Below, piece after piece: positions 60,646 to 64,000 of a stretch of DNA of 64,000 nucleotides. Both the position numbers and the translations under genes were made by a program. The stretch's first letter is position 1. Each line of letters begins with the position of its first letter. The DNA comes from Camelus ferus (lineage: Eukaryota), in assembly GCF_009834535.1 (NCBI RefSeq), contig NC_045697.1, forward strand, positions 31,188,001 through 31,252,000, in the 5' to 3' direction. The notes under the pieces are model-generated. The model did no database searches. It was not told the origin of the DNA and worked only from the letters and a program-made list of their open reading frames with translations.

Positions 60646-62504
60646 CGTTACTTTCTGAAGCAGGAACAGCCTGGAGCAGAGGGCAGTGTGGGTCACAGAC
60701 TCTCTCTCTTACCTTGTTACGATCTTGGATGGTACCTGAATTAAATGAAATATAGTGACTATCTCCCCTGTTTTTCTTAAAAATAACTTCAGGTTTTTCT
60801 AGCACAACGTTCAAACGACCTAACTGAACCATGGTGCAGAGACAGTTTCAATTATGTCAGTGTTAATTGCTCACAGTGCATTTAAATTGCATGGTGTGAA
60901 GCTGGGGTAGCTCCTCACTCTAATACTTCTTTGTGCAGCAGTTCAGTGATGGGCTCCTGTTTCTGTGTGTGTGTTCTCGTTCTTGCTTGTTTCAAGTGTG
61001 ATTCCATTTCTATTTGCTTTTAAGGCAAATACGTGGAGTTAAAATTATTTTCCCTTGCTAGAAATTTCATTTGCTCATTATAATTCAACCATTGCATACA
61101 TTTTTTCAAAATAACACTATGCCATGTCTGAATAAGATGGATCCAAAGGAGGGCCAATTTCCAAGAAGAAACAAATAATAAAAACACAGATGAAAAGTTG
61201 TAATAACTACCTATTTATGTTATATGTTTAAAGAACGTTATTCTCTACAAAGATATGTTAATAATTTGGACCAGTTTACTAGTGGAAAAGTTTAAGTAAG
61301 GATAACTTTAAAAAGTTCAAGTATTTTTTTTTCTCCTTTACCTTTAAGAAATTTATAAAGTCAGCAATAAAAATTTTCAGATATTATATTTTGAGTGAGG
61401 ATACGGGCATATATTTGATTAAATAATTCTTGACTGTTGATTATATTTTCAGGTCTGTCACTGACTCCACATTAATAACTTTCTCCCTGACCAAACAGGT
61501 TACAAATTCCCTGTTATATTACTTTTCTCTATCATTCCAGAAAGAACTTCTCTCGTTTATTTAACCTAAGCTAATTTTTATTTGCTTCATACCTAGTGCC
61601 CTTTGCCCACCTTCTTGGACTTGCTAATTCATGCTCTGTCTTTGCTTTCCTTTCTCTCCTTGGCTCTTCCTATGCCCACAGTGGCCCACTTTTCTCTTTC
61701 CAGAAAACTAGTTTAGGTCAGAACCCAGGCTATTACTTAAAAGGAAATGTTGGAAGATCATTGCCTTAGATTAAAAATCTATCCAGAGGAGTGGGCAAAT
61801 CTTTATGTTGTGAGAAAGGCAAAACCATAATAATGGTAGAAGATAAAATAATAAAGATGAGAAAAAAAAAAAAGCTAGAAACTTCCGTCAAGTGTATTCC
61901 CGTAATCAAGGTCAGCAGAGGGGTCTTCACACACATAGTCATACTTTCACAAAAGATAATGAAGCTTGACATTTCCCAGTGATCTTCTGGAGTGGAATAA
62001 ACAGTTCTCTACAGAATTTCCGAGCAACCATTGAATCTTTTGGTTTAACAGTGTGATAATCATTTCTAAGTCTTTTTAGTCTTTAAATGCTATTCATGCA
62101 TAGCTTTTGTTTTTGAGTTAAGTAAAAAAAAAGGCTCTGGAACAGTCTACTTTTCTCTTTTTTTCCCTTTAATTTTAGTTGATTTTGAATATATTTTCCT
62201 CAGGTAGCTATTGGCTTGGCTAAAATATTAGACCAGGAATAACTGCTTATCTTATGGCTTGGAGACTTTTAAGGGTAATTTTGATATTTGCTTAAAACAT
62301 GTCTAAGATTGATAACCCAGATCAGCTAACATTCTTTCTAAAAATTATAATGGGTTCTATAGTAATCAATTAAGTAATAAATATCTTGACAATGTAGGGA
62401 AATGCACTGCCTTTATTTAATATCTGATAAATAGAGAAGGATGTTACATTTTGAAGTGATGATTAGGTATCTGACCATGCTGGTCAGCAGACAGAAACAT
62501 AGAT

Positions 62505-63636
62505 CTTCAAAAGAAGTAAGGATGAAGAGAATCAGGAAACAAGTCACAGACTGGCAGAAGAATATTTGCAAAAGACCTGATAAAAGACTATTATACAAAA
62601 TAAAGATCTTTTAACAAAAAGAAAACAAACAACCCACTTAAAAAATGGACAAAATATCTGAACACAAACTTTATCAAGATTTACAGATGGCAAGTAAGCA
62701 TATGAAAAGATGCTCAAAAATCATGTCGTTAGGGAATTGCAAATTACAACACCAGTGATATACCACTACATTCTTATTAGAATGGCCAAAATCTGAAACA
62801 CAGGCAGCATCAAATTCAAGATGTATGGCAAAAGGAACTCTTATTCACTGCTTGTGGGAATGCAAAATAGTATAGCCACCTGGGAAGAGAGTTTGTCAGT
62901 TTGTAACAAAATTAAACATACTCTTTCCAGTTCATTTCAGCATTCCTATTCTTTGGTAGTTATCCAAAGAGCTGAAAACTTATGTTTATACCAAATCTTG
63001 TACATGGATGTTTATAGTAGCTTTAGTCATAATTGCCAAAACTTGAAGACAACCAAGATGTCCTTTAGCAGGTGAATAGATAAATAAACTGTGGTTTATC
63101 CAGACAATGGAATGTTATTCAAGGCTAAAAAGAAATGGGCTAAAAGACATGTAGAAAACTAAAATGTGTATTGCTAAGTAAAAAAAGTAAATTTAAAATG
63201 GCTACATATTATATGGTTTCAACCATACAGCATTCTGGAAAAGGGAAAACTACTGAGACAGTAAAAAGATTAGTGGTTCAGGGGCTGGGGGAAAAGGGGG
63301 GTGCATAGACTAGCACAGGAATTTTAGGGCAGTGAAACGACCCTGTATGACATTACAATGGTGGATATACATCTTTAGGTGTTTGTCCAATCCCATAGAA
63401 TGTGCACCACCAAGAGTGAACCCTAATGTGAACTATAGACTTTGGGTGATAATGATGCATCATTAGGTTCATTAGTTATAACAAATGTACCACTGTTGTG
63501 GGGACGTTGATAGTGGGGAAGTTTGCGGGGAGGGAGGGGGTTGGGGACAGAAGGGTATATGGGAGCTCTGTACTTTCTGCTTACTTTCGCTGTGAACCTA
63601 AAACTTCCCTAAAAAGAATAAAGTATATTTTTAAAA
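62505..63636 (+). mobile_element. Old L1 ORF2 end plus 3'UTR (L1MC1/2-like)
   Basis: 'caagtcacagactggcagaagaatatttgcaa' and 'ccaagagtgaaccctaatgtgaactatagactttgggtgataatgatg', with a terminal aataaag. Confidence 0.9.
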
Positions 63637-64000
63637 ATTGGAGCTCCTGAAATAAATAAAAATAAAGGTACAAGTAACAGATCTACTTTCTACTTTTAAG
63701 TTCTCTAAAAGATAACTGGTTAAAACAAAAACAGTAGTGTTACACGGCAAGGTTTTTAATCTATATAAAAATAAAATGCATAGCTGATGACAGCCCGAAA
63801 GATGAGAGGAGGGAAGCCAAAGGACAGACTCTCCCAACGCCCTCCCATTAACTTGCATAGACAGTCCATCCACATGTCTCTGATCCACAAGCCCCAATCC
63901 AAGGATGGCGAATAAGCAGGATTAGCTGTTTCTGTTGGAATGATTTGCCTAGTGATGGTTCACACAGTATTTTCAAAATGAGGTCAGTTGCCAATATTTA

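Noticed and set aside
60713..60735. 23-nt minus-strand micro-exon candidate (ttcag ... AAG/gtaaga)
   Set aside because: Weak pyrimidine tract and no supporting gene context.
1..64000. CRISPR array, operon or other prokaryote-type system; host protein-coding gene
   Set aside because: The sequence is mammalian and repeat-rich. It has no regularly spaced repeat-spacer array and no long non-TE ORF or recognisable exon chain. Small exons cannot be excluded by eye.

Overview
This is AT-rich mammalian genomic DNA, most likely from a camelid (alpaca, llama or camel). The evidence is a tRNA-derived Vic-1-type SINE at 11.3-11.5 kb and a shared young L1 3' end. I recognise no host protein-coding exon, so the window looks intergenic or deeply intronic. 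It is dominated by interspersed repeats: young and old L1s, L2, MIR, MaLR/ERVL/ERV1 solo LTRs, Tigger2 and hAT transposons, plus microsatellites and one 100-N gap. The only long real ORF (33538-34500, minus strand) is the C-terminal part of ORF2p in a young 5'-truncated L1. I found no convincing novel biological system. The observations most worth checking are: (1) an unexplained ~120-bp ancient direct-repeat pair 501 bp apart at 50.4/50.9 kb; (2) a short putative 3' transduction on the young L1; (3) three L1s with twin-priming-type inversions; (4) a unique-sequence block at 27.8-29.9 kb with CTCF-like sites, a candidate exon and a hydrophobic small ORF; (5) an NF-kB/ETS motif cluster at 40.1-40.8 kb. 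Repeat subfamily names come from my recall of consensus sequences, not a database search. Boundaries without a stated TSD or TIR are approximate.
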